In this document: positions 48,417 through 57,126 of the stretch, piece after piece
Layout of the letters: each line of letters starts with the position of its first letter
Numbering within the stretch: position 1 is the first letter of the stretch
Virus record (IMG/VR): IMGVR_UViG_3300035698_007208
Coordinates: 1-64,000 of that record
Length of the DNA stretch: 64,000 bases
Origin: a virus
Strand: one strand, 5' to 3'
Notes under the pieces: model-generated
What the model was told of the DNA's origin: nothing
Databases searched by the model: none
Seen by the model: only the letters and a program-made list of their open reading frames with translations
Position numbers and translations under genes: made by a program

Positions 48417-49338
48417 CATGCCAGACCAAGCTGCTGCAATTTTAGGAAGCAAAACACCCACACGAGGCGTAATGATGTTTGCGCACAACAACACGGAGAT
48501 TGACTACTTTAAACTCGCAGTAGTTAACGCGTTACTCGTAAAAAAACACATGGGTATTAATAACATTACTTTAGTAACTGATTCCTTTAGTTTAGCATAC
48601 GCCGAACAAACATTAGGCAAAGACTTAATAAAAGCTGCAATTAATAATATTGTGGTTTCTGACAAGACGAGTGTATTTCAGTCAAAAAATATACGAACAT
48701 ATAAAGATACAGTGCATCATACTAAAAGTTTACCCTTCCATAATTTTAACAGATGTGATGCGTATGACATATCGCCATACGATGAAACAATTCTGATAGA
48801 TGCAGATTATTTAATCCTAAGTGACACGCTAAATCAATGCTGGGGCCATAATAATGAACTAATGATGAATTGGAAATGGCAAGACGTAATGCATGAACGA
48901 AAATACACAGGATTGGATCGCTTGCATGATATAGGAATTACAATGTATTGGGCAACGGTTGTTTATTTTCGCAAAACAGCACACAATGAGTCATTCTTTA
49001 ATTGTGTGCAGCATGTACGAAGCAACACTAAATTTTATAAAGAATTATACCAATGGGATGGTAAGTTATATCGTAACGATTACAGTTTTTCAATTGCAGC
49101 ACATATGATGTCAGGATTTATAGACAAGGGAATCCCACAACTGCCAACAACCTTATATAAAACATTTGATACTGACGATGTTCATTCTGTTGACAATACT
49201 AACAGTCTTGTGTTATACTTAGAAAAGCCTAATAGTTCTGGAGATTTTATATTGGCACGATGGACCGGTATAGATTTGCATGTAATGAATAAATGGGCGT
49301 TTAATCGCATAAGTGACCAATTATTGGAAGAGTTATGA
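48406..49338 (+). CDS. Glycosyltransferase-like protein (GT-A fold)
   Basis: SPYDETILIDADY DxD motif; paralog of 50537..51421. Confidence 0.65.
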   Translation: MAGNMPDQAAAILGSKTPTRGVMMFAHNNTEIDYFKLAVVNALLVKKHMGINNITLVTDSFSLAYAEQTLGKDLIKAAINNIVVSDKTSVFQSKNIRTYKDTVHHTKSLPFHNFNRCDAYDISPYDETILIDADYLILSDTLNQCWGHNNELMMNWKWQDVMHERKYTGLDRLHDIGITMYWATVVYFRKTAHNESFFNCVQHVRSNTKFYKELYQWDGKLYRNDYSFSIAAHMMSGFIDKGIPQLPTTLYKTFDTDDVHSVDNTNSLVLYLEKPNSSGDFILARWTGIDLHVMNKWAFNRISDQLLEEL

Positions 49339-49565
49339 ATAAAACAGAATACACTATTGTAGATACTGCTGACCCCCTTAACAAACTGAAAGTTGTATTT
49401 GTTCACCGAACTTGCAAATGTATGAGCCAAGGGTGTGTAGATGATGAACTACAAATTTGGGAAGAGGGTGACGAATATCCCTATAGGCTGCAATTGCCCC
49501 AATTAATGACGCCTATTATTGAGGGTTTATTAAATAAAGAATACAAATTGGAAGAATTGAAATGA
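49335..49565 (+). CDS. Hypothetical protein
   Basis: ATGA overlap with neighbouring genes. Confidence 0.55.
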   Translation: MNKTEYTIVDTADPLNKLKVVFVHRTCKCMSQGCVDDELQIWEEGDEYPYRLQLPQLMTPIIEGLLNKEYKLEELK

Positions 49566-49873
49566 TAGTGTCATGGCAAAAGAAAGCATTAGAAAAACGA
49601 TGGAATAGCCTGACGCAACTTAAAGATTATATAATAACGAACAAATTAGAAAAGATCTTAAGGTTTACCGGATCTCAATTAGAAACAGACAAGGCGTATT
49701 ATGGATTATACGCTGGAGAAATAAGTGTTACACTTAAGGATAAAACCAAACCTCGTAAAATAAAAACATCACCAATTTTAGCTACTGCAACAGCAAAGGC
49801 AAGTACGCCAAAAACTGGGAAAGTAGTTAAAAAAGTAGTTAAAAAAGTAATAGATAAGAAGAAAAAGAAATGA
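49562..49873 (+). CDS. Hypothetical protein with a basic Lys-rich tail
   Basis: ATGA overlaps. Confidence 0.55.
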   Translation: MIVSWQKKALEKRWNSLTQLKDYIITNKLEKILRFTGSQLETDKAYYGLYAGEISVTLKDKTKPRKIKTSPILATATAKASTPKTGKVVKKVVKKVIDKKKKK

Positions 49874-50133
49874 TAGAAATAATAGATTGGTTATCCCAAA
49901 CTGTGATTATATTTACTGGTATTGGCTCAATATACTTAGTATCGTCACAACACGCAAAAACAAGAATGTATGCTGGTATTATTGGGCTTATTGGTGAGCC
50001 TTTTTGGTTAACTACTGCATTAATAAACGGGCAATGGGGACTTGTTATATTAGTAGTCGCCTACGGTATTAACTGGAGTAGAGTATTTTGGAAAAACTAT
50101 AAAGCTTATAAATTAGAGGAAACAAATGAGTAA
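49870..50133 (+). CDS. Small three-helix membrane protein (PnuC/SemiSWEET-like size)
   Basis: Three hydrophobic segments; G.IGEPFW, QWG motifs. Confidence 0.55.
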   Translation: MIEIIDWLSQTVIIFTGIGSIYLVSSQHAKTRMYAGIIGLIGEPFWLTTALINGQWGLVILVVAYGINWSRVFWKNYKAYKLEETNE

Positions 50134-50512
50134 TTTCGACAAAGTAAAAGAATTTCACGAAACATATAACTGTTTAATTAATGACACCCCGCAATTTCCT
50201 AACGCAACTGTAGTACAAGCACGTACTGATTTTATCGAAGAGGAAGTACAGGAACTTAAAGACGCAATAGCAGAAAACGACATTGTTGAGGTAGGTGACG
50301 CATTAACTGATATATTGTATTTTGTATATGGTGCCGCACTTTGTTACGGTATTGACATAGACGCATGTTTCGCAGAAGTGCATCGGTCAAACATGAGTAA
50401 ACTGGGTGCTGATGGGTTGCCTATATATAGGGAAGATGGTAAGGTGCTAAAAGGACCAGACTACTTTAAACCAGACTTAACTAAAATTATTAGTGGAAAA
50501 TTGAGTGACTAA
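50126..50512 (+). CDS. MazG-like / PRA-PH family NTP pyrophosphohydrolase
   Basis: V.EFH, IEEEVQEL, EVGDALTDILY, EVHRSNMSK, REDGKVLKG. Confidence 0.88.
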   Translation: MSNFDKVKEFHETYNCLINDTPQFPNATVVQARTDFIEEEVQELKDAIAENDIVEVGDALTDILYFVYGAALCYGIDIDACFAEVHRSNMSKLGADGLPIYREDGKVLKGPDYFKPDLTKIISGKLSD

Positions 50513-50536
50513 AATAGTATTTGCGCGGCACAGATA

Positions 50537-51421
50537 ATGTCAAGAGGGTATATTTGCATAGCTCAAAATAATTCAACAACTGACTATCTTAGGCAGGCAT
50601 ACGCCCTTGCGTTGAATTTAAAGTTAACACAAAGTGGTGTCAGTAACTTAACTGTATGTGTAGATGCTGATACTAAGAAGTTAATTAAGCCAAAACACAG
50701 AAAGGTATTTGATAAGGTTGTAGATATTCCGTGGAACGATGATGCAAAGGACGCAGAGTGGAAAGTTAACAATAAATGGAAATTTTATCACATGACTCCG
50801 TATGACGAAACTGTCATACTAGACACTGATATGATATTTCCGACAGATGTAAGCTATTGGTGGGATATTCTGTCAGAGCGCGATGTTTGGTCTACTACTA
50901 ATGTAAAAACGTATAGAGGCGAGGACGTTGGCGCTGATAGGCATTATAGGAAGTACTTTTTAGCAAATAATTTACCAAACGTATATACTGCATTCTTTTA
51001 TTTTAAAAAATCAGAACTAGCAAGTGAATTATTTGCTATGATTGAAATCGTATTCCAGCATTGGCAACGCATGTACCACAAATACATGCCTAAAGGCAAA
51101 CCTGATCGGCTAAGTGGTGATGTATCGTATGCGTTAGCTATGCAATTACTAGACATAACACATTTATGTACAAAACACAATGTCAAGCATGTTCCTACCT
51201 TTGCGCACATGAAGAGCAATGTACAACACATACCGTCAAGTAAAATTAGTGATAAGTGGTCAGAAACATTACCTACATATTATAATACTTGTCGGGATTT
51301 TAAAATTGGTAACTTTTCACAAATTTATCCGTTCCATTATGTGGAAAAAGATTGGATAACTCCTGAAATGATAGAACAAATGGAGAAGGAATATGATTTC
51401 ACCAAAAGCACTAGCCCGTAA
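50537..51421 (+). CDS. Glycosyltransferase-like protein (GT-A fold)
   Basis: TPYDETVILDTDM DxD motif, PFHY. Confidence 0.65.
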   Translation: MSRGYICIAQNNSTTDYLRQAYALALNLKLTQSGVSNLTVCVDADTKKLIKPKHRKVFDKVVDIPWNDDAKDAEWKVNNKWKFYHMTPYDETVILDTDMIFPTDVSYWWDILSERDVWSTTNVKTYRGEDVGADRHYRKYFLANNLPNVYTAFFYFKKSELASELFAMIEIVFQHWQRMYHKYMPKGKPDRLSGDVSYALAMQLLDITHLCTKHNVKHVPTFAHMKSNVQHIPSSKISDKWSETLPTYYNTCRDFKIGNFSQIYPFHYVEKDWITPEMIEQMEKEYDFTKSTSP

Positions 51422-52052
51422 AAAGTTATTTCTTAAAGAAAAAGAAAAGCATGGCGGAATTGAAGGTATTCAAAAGCACATTAATGAAACAAAATGCAAT
51501 ATGTGGTTTAACGACGACGGTGACATTATGTCAATTAGTAAAATAGAAAATAAAAAACTCTCTAAAAAATACAAGCACACTATTTTAACAACGTCACAAT
51601 TAAGATTACTTAAAGATAAAAGCTGGTCATTGTTTAGGGTAAGATTAGATCCTAAATCAGATTTAATATGTCATCTTGAGCAACGGCCAATAGCTGCAAA
51701 TGTCGTTACCAGTAGCAATCAATACTTAACCTTGGTTACTTATAAACGTAAAAACGATAAACTTTATGATATTAAAGTTGAGATCACCCAGAATAACTTT
51801 ATAATAACAGGGCACACTAGTTTAATTTCAAAATATGACAGTATAGAACAAACTAACTGTACAGCAAACGGAAAAAAAGATTTAATATTCCACTTAACAT
51901 CAATAAATAATCCAAGTTTTCTATTGCAAACTATTACAATTCCTCTTGTGGAATTAATAAGCAATAAGCAAGTATCTAGAAAAATGGAAACAGATATGAC
52001 TCAGTGCAGTGTGTACACCATACCTGTAGTTGATAAATATATTCGAAAATAA
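51393..52052 (+). CDS. Hypothetical protein
   Basis: 219-aa ORF, AAGGA SD. Confidence 0.65.
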   Translation: MISPKALARKKLFLKEKEKHGGIEGIQKHINETKCNMWFNDDGDIMSISKIENKKLSKKYKHTILTTSQLRLLKDKSWSLFRVRLDPKSDLICHLEQRPIAANVVTSSNQYLTLVTYKRKNDKLYDIKVEITQNNFIITGHTSLISKYDSIEQTNCTANGKKDLIFHLTSINNPSFLLQTITIPLVELISNKQVSRKMETDMTQCSVYTIPVVDKYIRK

Positions 52053-52064
52053 TAGAGAAAAAGC

Positions 52065-53039
52065 ATGGCAGAAATAGACGTAACAGAATTAGACATATTT
52101 TATATAAGTTATGATGAACCAAACGCTGAAGAAAATTGGGCAGACCTGTTGAATAAGGTTCCTTGGGCAAAACGGGTGCATGGCATTAAAGGATTTGACG
52201 CAGCACATAAGGAATGCGCAAATCAAAGTGAAACAGATCGATTTATTACTGTAGATGGCGACAATAAGGTAATGGAAGACTTTTTTGAACAAGTGCTTGA
52301 TGTTCCAGATACTGATCATGATGGTAACTCGTTAGACGAAAGTATATTCTCATGGAATGCAAAAAACTTACTTAATGGATTAGTGTATGGTAACGGTGGA
52401 ATTAAATGTTGGCCCACGAACTATGCTAAAAATATGAAAACTCATGAAGCAGCAGATGATGGCGAAGGCATGGAGTTTTGTTGGAAGCTTAACTATATTC
52501 AATTAAATGACACTTTTTCTGAAATACACCAAACATCAACACCCTTTCAAGCATTTAGATCAGGATTTAGAGAAGGTGTAAAGATGAGTCTCGCACAAGG
52601 CCTACACGTTGAGCCAGCAGACTTTAAAAATAAAATTTGGTGGCAAAATTTTAATAGGTTACAGGTATGGTGTAATATTGGAAACGATATACAAAATGGA
52701 ATATGGGCAATGTATGGTGCAAGACTTGGCTGTAAAATGACCGTACTAGATAAGTTTGATACTAACTTGATTAGCGATTATGAATGGTTTAATCAGTTTT
52801 TTGATAACTTAAGCAAGACAGTCAAAACACATGACGGTAAGTGGCAATCAGATGAGCCTGATCTAACAACACAGCATTTAGGAGAACTTTTAAATGAAGA
52901 AATACCTGGTATGGTATTAACGCAACCAAATAAAAAAGTAAGCGAATTTTTTAAGCTTACGTACACTAATCCGCCCCGCTGGGGAGTAATGATTCGTGAA
53001 AAACAAATACAGGCGCTATTGGAAGCACAGGCAAAATAA
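52065..53039 (+). CDS. Glycosyltransferase-like protein
   Basis: ISYDEPNA, RVHGIKG.DAAH, TVDGDN (DxD), YGNGG, AFRSGFREGVK. Confidence 0.6.
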   Translation: MAEIDVTELDIFYISYDEPNAEENWADLLNKVPWAKRVHGIKGFDAAHKECANQSETDRFITVDGDNKVMEDFFEQVLDVPDTDHDGNSLDESIFSWNAKNLLNGLVYGNGGIKCWPTNYAKNMKTHEAADDGEGMEFCWKLNYIQLNDTFSEIHQTSTPFQAFRSGFREGVKMSLAQGLHVEPADFKNKIWWQNFNRLQVWCNIGNDIQNGIWAMYGARLGCKMTVLDKFDTNLISDYEWFNQFFDNLSKTVKTHDGKWQSDEPDLTTQHLGELLNEEIPGMVLTQPNKKVSEFFKLTYTNPPRWGVMIREKQIQALLEAQAK

Positions 53040-53054
53040 GACAATCATTACTCC

Positions 53055-53082
53055 TTGACAAATTGCAATTATGTGCTACACT
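53055..53082 (+). promoter_or_regulatory. Sigma70-type promoter
   Basis: TTGACA-16 nt-TACACT with TGn; AGGAG SD downstream. Confidence 0.7.
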
Positions 53083-53107
53083 TTGTTAAACAAATAGGAG
53101 CTAAATT

Positions 53108-53293
53108 ATGGATCTTGAGTCAATGACATTGCAGGAATTAGTACTTTATATGTCGAGACATCATAGAGGTATTTCTAATAACTGTTTTGAGGATGAAATC
53201 TACCCAATACTATTTTCCAAAGTAGGACTGCCATCTTATCTCGATGACGATGACTATGATGATGACGATGACTATGATGATCCTACAAAATAA
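53108..53293 (+). CDS. Small protein with an acidic tail
   Basis: AGGAG SD; DDDDY repeats. Confidence 0.6.
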   Translation: MDLESMTLQELVLYMSRHHRGISNNCFEDEIYPILFSKVGLPSYLDDDDYDDDDDYDDPTK

Positions 53294-53303
53294 GGAAATA
53301 ATA

Positions 53304-53630
53304 ATGAAAAATAAAGAAGAATTTTATAAAGCAGTAACAGAAGGCATAGTAACAGTTGAATTTATGAAGACAGGTACAAAAGAGTTACGTATTATGCCTT
53401 GTACTCTTAACGAAGAAGTCAGCAACGGTAACGTTAAAGACGCATTTGACACTATCCCTGAAGCTGACCATATGTCAGTATGGTGTACTGACAAGGAAGG
53501 ATGGAGAAGTTTTCGATTTGACACAGTCATAAATTGGTACATTGGTAATCCTGAAGATAGATTAATGTCCCCATGGACAATTTCCATTACTAGTGTTAAT
53601 CCCATCGCAGATGACAGTAGCAATGAGTAA
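53304..53630 (+). CDS. WYL_2/DUF2693-like SH3-fold phage protein
   Basis: VTVEF.K...R.MPCTLN...VW..DKEGWRSFRFD; start moved to ATG 53304 (AAGGA SD). Confidence 0.75.
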   Translation: MKNKEEFYKAVTEGIVTVEFMKTGTKELRIMPCTLNEEVSNGNVKDAFDTIPEADHMSVWCTDKEGWRSFRFDTVINWYIGNPEDRLMSPWTISITSVNPIADDSSNE

Positions 53631-54015
53631 GTATTTTTATACAGTTAATGGAGAAGAGTATCCAGATGAAGAACGGATTCTTGCTTTTCTGTTAATAAAG
53701 GAACTAATATTTTGCAATACTGGTTATGGGTGGGATGATACCGATCATAAAGAGCCCAGTACAATACTCTATGTTAACTGTAGTGATTTGTTTATGTGGG
53801 GATGTGCTGATGCTGAAGCATTACCAACTTCGGAAATTGGTAAGTTGTACAAATATATAGAAGCAGATAATAAATGGGGATTAGAAAAATGGACATGCAA
53901 GCAAAGGAATATGCAACCTCAGACTCTCATTATTGATGAAATGAAAAAACAAGGCTACTGGACTGCTGAACTCGAATTATTCGATCTGAATCCAGACCAC
54001 AATGATTACAAGTAG
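53623..54015 (+). CDS. Hypothetical protein
   Basis: VNCSDLFMWGCADAE motif; ATG 53623 preferred over GTG-type upstream start. Confidence 0.6.
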   Translation: MSKYFYTVNGEEYPDEERILAFLLIKELIFCNTGYGWDDTDHKEPSTILYVNCSDLFMWGCADAEALPTSEIGKLYKYIEADNKWGLEKWTCKQRNMQPQTLIIDEMKKQGYWTAELELFDLNPDHNDYK

Positions 54016-54024
54016 GGCAGTATT

Positions 54025-54246
54025 ATGGAATGGTTAGTGTATGGCGCATCGTTATTTTTGTTAATGTTTGGTGGTTTTATATTCTCAAGACCGTCAGAAA
54101 AGTTTTGTTCTTATTATAATATACATGATTATTCGGATGCAGAACTTAATAAAGATGGCAAGTGGCAAATGACTTGCAACTCACCAAACTGTAATAGTGT
54201 ATTGGTTTTAGATCACTATGAGTGGAAAGAGTATACAAAGAAGTAA
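54025..54246 (+). CDS. Hypothetical membrane-anchored Cys/His protein
   Basis: N-terminal hydrophobic helix; C..H..C..C. Confidence 0.55.
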   Translation: MEWLVYGASLFLLMFGGFIFSRPSEKFCSYYNIHDYSDAELNKDGKWQMTCNSPNCNSVLVLDHYEWKEYTKK

Positions 54247-54277
54247 CCAAGAACTTATTAGTTTCCAAAATAGTTAA

Positions 54278-54285
54278 GATAAGTA
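54278..54285 (+). promoter_or_regulatory. Late promoter variant GATAAGTA
   Basis: Intergenic, upstream of the AAGGA SD of the UDP-glucose dehydrogenase gene. Confidence 0.55.
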
Positions 54286-54309
54286 GTATTAACTAATAAG
54301 GAAACAAAA

Positions 54310-55662
54310 ATGGCCTCGAGCGGAAATAAATCTAAGGTAGGTTTTATCGGTGTAGGTAAGCTAGGACAAGCTTGCGCCGAGATGGTAGCTGAGATTCATG
54401 ATGTAGTCGGATACGATATTAATACACGAACCCCTGAAAACTTCAAAATGGTTAACACTATGATTGAAGCTGTCCAAGGTAGAGATATTGTTTTTATTGC
54501 AGTGGAAACACCGCACGATCCGCTATATGATGGTAAGGCACCAACCAGTCATTTGCCCAACAAAGACTTTAATTATGACACGGTTAAGCAAGTACTACGT
54601 GAAGTAAATGAAGTAGCAACAAAAAATCAACTAATCGTATTAATCAGTACTGTGCTTCCAGGTACCACTCGTAGAGAATTAGAACCATTGATTCCAAACG
54701 CACGTTTTATTTACAATCCATATTTAATTGCAATGGGTACTGTTAAATGGGATATGGTCAATCCAGAGATGATCATGATCGGTACTGAAGATGGCAGCGA
54801 AACTGGAGATGCTAAACAGCTTGTAGATTTTTATAAAACTATAATGGAAAATGAACCGCCGTATCATGTTGGTACATGGGACGAATGCGAGTGTCTTAAA
54901 GTATTTTATAACACGTTTATTAGTGCAAAAGTATCATTAGTTAATATGATACAAGATGTAGCAGAAAAGCAAGGCAATATTAATGCTGAGTGGGTTTGTG
55001 ATGCCTTAGCAAAATCAGATCGTCGAATTATGGGTCCTGCATACATGAAGCCCGGAATGGGTGATGGCGGTCATTGCCATCCTAGAGATAACATTGCGTT
55101 ACGGTGGATGGCTGATAAATTAGATTTAGGATATGACTTGTTCGATGCAGTGATGCTTAGTCGAGAAGTGCAGGCCAAAAATATGGCATCAAAGCTAATG
55201 GACTTAGCACAAGAGAGTGACATAAGAGATATTGTTATTGTTGGAAAGGCATACAAGCCGCACGTGGCATATGATGGTGGGTCTAGCAGCATGTTGGTTG
55301 GATCTTTCATACAACAGGAACCAAAAGAAACTGATGCCAAAACGCACCAACCGGTTTTTAACTTACATTACTTGGATGAATTAACAGGTGATGTTGTTCC
55401 TGAGAATTTAGGGAGAGCAGTATATCTTTTAGCGCACTGTCCTGAAATTACTTATGGTGAGCAGTTAAATCATGTTGATCAATGGTATGCTAATCATTCT
55501 GTATCGTCAGTAGATGAAGCATTAACTGTTGCTACTGCAAATGGTACAATGTTAGACATGGCAGATGGTAGCATTGTTGTTGATCCTTGGCGCAAAACAC
55601 CAAAATTACCTAATGTGCGAGTTGTGCATTACGGCAATACACGAAAAGATTCTCCGAGGTAA
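54310..55662 (+). CDS. ugd: UDP-glucose/GDP-mannose 6-dehydrogenase
   Basis: GFIGVGKLG Rossmann motif, FIAVETP, STVLPGTT, YNP, KVFYNTF, GGHCHPRD catalytic Cys, AYKP. Confidence 0.9.
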   Translation: MASSGNKSKVGFIGVGKLGQACAEMVAEIHDVVGYDINTRTPENFKMVNTMIEAVQGRDIVFIAVETPHDPLYDGKAPTSHLPNKDFNYDTVKQVLREVNEVATKNQLIVLISTVLPGTTRRELEPLIPNARFIYNPYLIAMGTVKWDMVNPEMIMIGTEDGSETGDAKQLVDFYKTIMENEPPYHVGTWDECECLKVFYNTFISAKVSLVNMIQDVAEKQGNINAEWVCDALAKSDRRIMGPAYMKPGMGDGGHCHPRDNIALRWMADKLDLGYDLFDAVMLSREVQAKNMASKLMDLAQESDIRDIVIVGKAYKPHVAYDGGSSSMLVGSFIQQEPKETDAKTHQPVFNLHYLDELTGDVVPENLGRAVYLLAHCPEITYGEQLNHVDQWYANHSVSSVDEALTVATANGTMLDMADGSIVVDPWRKTPKLPNVRVVHYGNTRKDSPR

Positions 55663-55665
55663 AAT

Positions 55666-57126
55666 ATGAATGAATTAGAACGATACAAAGTAATCTCATC
55701 AACGCTAAATGATGTTAGTCCGACATTTTGCTTGGCTAAATGGTTGCAGGTAACGTTACACTTACAAAATGGTCGGACACATAGCTGCCACCATCCGTCA
55801 ACGCATCACATTCCATTGGAGGAAATTGCGCTTGATCCGTCTGCGTTACACAATACAACATTTAAAAAGTCTATACAAGCAGAAATGATTGATGGCAAAC
55901 GCCCGTCAGAATGCCAATACTGTTGGAATGTAGAGGACTTGCCTGGAGATCATTTATCTGATCGAACGATGAAATCAGCTGACACAGCCTGGGCCGGCCC
56001 ACAGCGGATAGCAAGCGTGTTAGATGCGGTTAAAAATAATAAGCCTATTAACCCAACTTATGTTGAAGTGTCATTCTCAAACGTATGTAACTTTAAATGT
56101 TCTTATTGTTCTCCCGTACATTCGTCTAAGTGGGTTAGCGAAATCCAATCTCACGGTGCATATGACTTAGATGGGCACATGTATAACGGGTTGGAATGGT
56201 TCAAAGAATCTAAATCAATGCCAATTCATCATACTGAACATAATCCTTATGTAGAAGCATTTTGGAACTGGTGGCCAGATCTTTCTAAAGATTTAAAAGT
56301 TTTTCGTGTTACTGGCGGTGAGCCTTTGTTGGACAAAAATACATTTAAAGTAATGGACTTTATGTATGAAAACCCATGCCCTGATATGGAATTTAGTATC
56401 AATACGAATCTGTGCATTCCTAAAAAATTAATTGATTCATATATAGAAAAAATGTTAAAATTAACAAGTGAAAAGAAAATACGCAGGCATGTATTATATA
56501 CTAGTATTGATGGACACGGCAAACAAGCAGAGTACGGCCGCAACGGATTAGATTATGTAACCTGGATACATACACTTGATCGTGTTTTAACAGAATTGCC
56601 TGACGTAAAGGCAACAATTATGTGTACAACTAATATATTTTCAATGACATCAATGGAAAGGTTACTTAAGGATGTTTATAATTTAAAATTAAAACACCGT
56701 TCAGCTGACCGCGATGTCCCGCTCACAATAGATATGAGTATTCTTAGGTGGCCAGTTCATCAGTGCGCAGCAATACTTCCTGGCACTTATGCTGACATGT
56801 TGCTACCTGCATTAGCATTTATGGAGGAACATATGCTAGGCAATATTGAAGACGAACCGTGGCCGGGCTTTTTTGCACCGTATCAAATGTTTCATGTATA
56901 CGAAGTAGAAAAAATGAGGCGCTTTATTGAATATGTAAGACAGCCGCCCAATGAAAATGAAGGCGTATCTGTCGAGACCTCAATGAAACAATTTTATTTA
57001 TTTGTTAATGAACACGATGCTAGACGAGGAACAAATTTCTTAGAAACCTTTCCGGAATTGTCTGATTTTTATTACGATTGCAAAAAACTACACCAAAACA
57101 ACATATCTCTAACAGAAATAACATGA
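55666..57126 (+). CDS. Radical SAM protein with an N-terminal SPASM/Twitch-like Cys domain
   Basis: CNFKCSYC, TGGEP; extra C..W, SCHH, CQYC. Confidence 0.9.
   Translation: MNELERYKVISSTLNDVSPTFCLAKWLQVTLHLQNGRTHSCHHPSTHHIPLEEIALDPSALHNTTFKKSIQAEMIDGKRPSECQYCWNVEDLPGDHLSDRTMKSADTAWAGPQRIASVLDAVKNNKPINPTYVEVSFSNVCNFKCSYCSPVHSSKWVSEIQSHGAYDLDGHMYNGLEWFKESKSMPIHHTEHNPYVEAFWNWWPDLSKDLKVFRVTGGEPLLDKNTFKVMDFMYENPCPDMEFSINTNLCIPKKLIDSYIEKMLKLTSEKKIRRHVLYTSIDGHGKQAEYGRNGLDYVTWIHTLDRVLTELPDVKATIMCTTNIFSMTSMERLLKDVYNLKLKHRSADRDVPLTIDMSILRWPVHQCAAILPGTYADMLLPALAFMEEHMLGNIEDEPWPGFFAPYQMFHVYEVEKMRRFIEYVRQPPNENEGVSVETSMKQFYLFVNEHDARRGTNFLETFPELSDFYYDCKKLHQNNISLTEIT

Noticed and set aside
53244-53303. MTMTMMM N-terminal extension of the WYL_2-like ORF
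   Set aside because: Off-frame reading of the upstream poly-Asp codons; the SD supports ATG 53304
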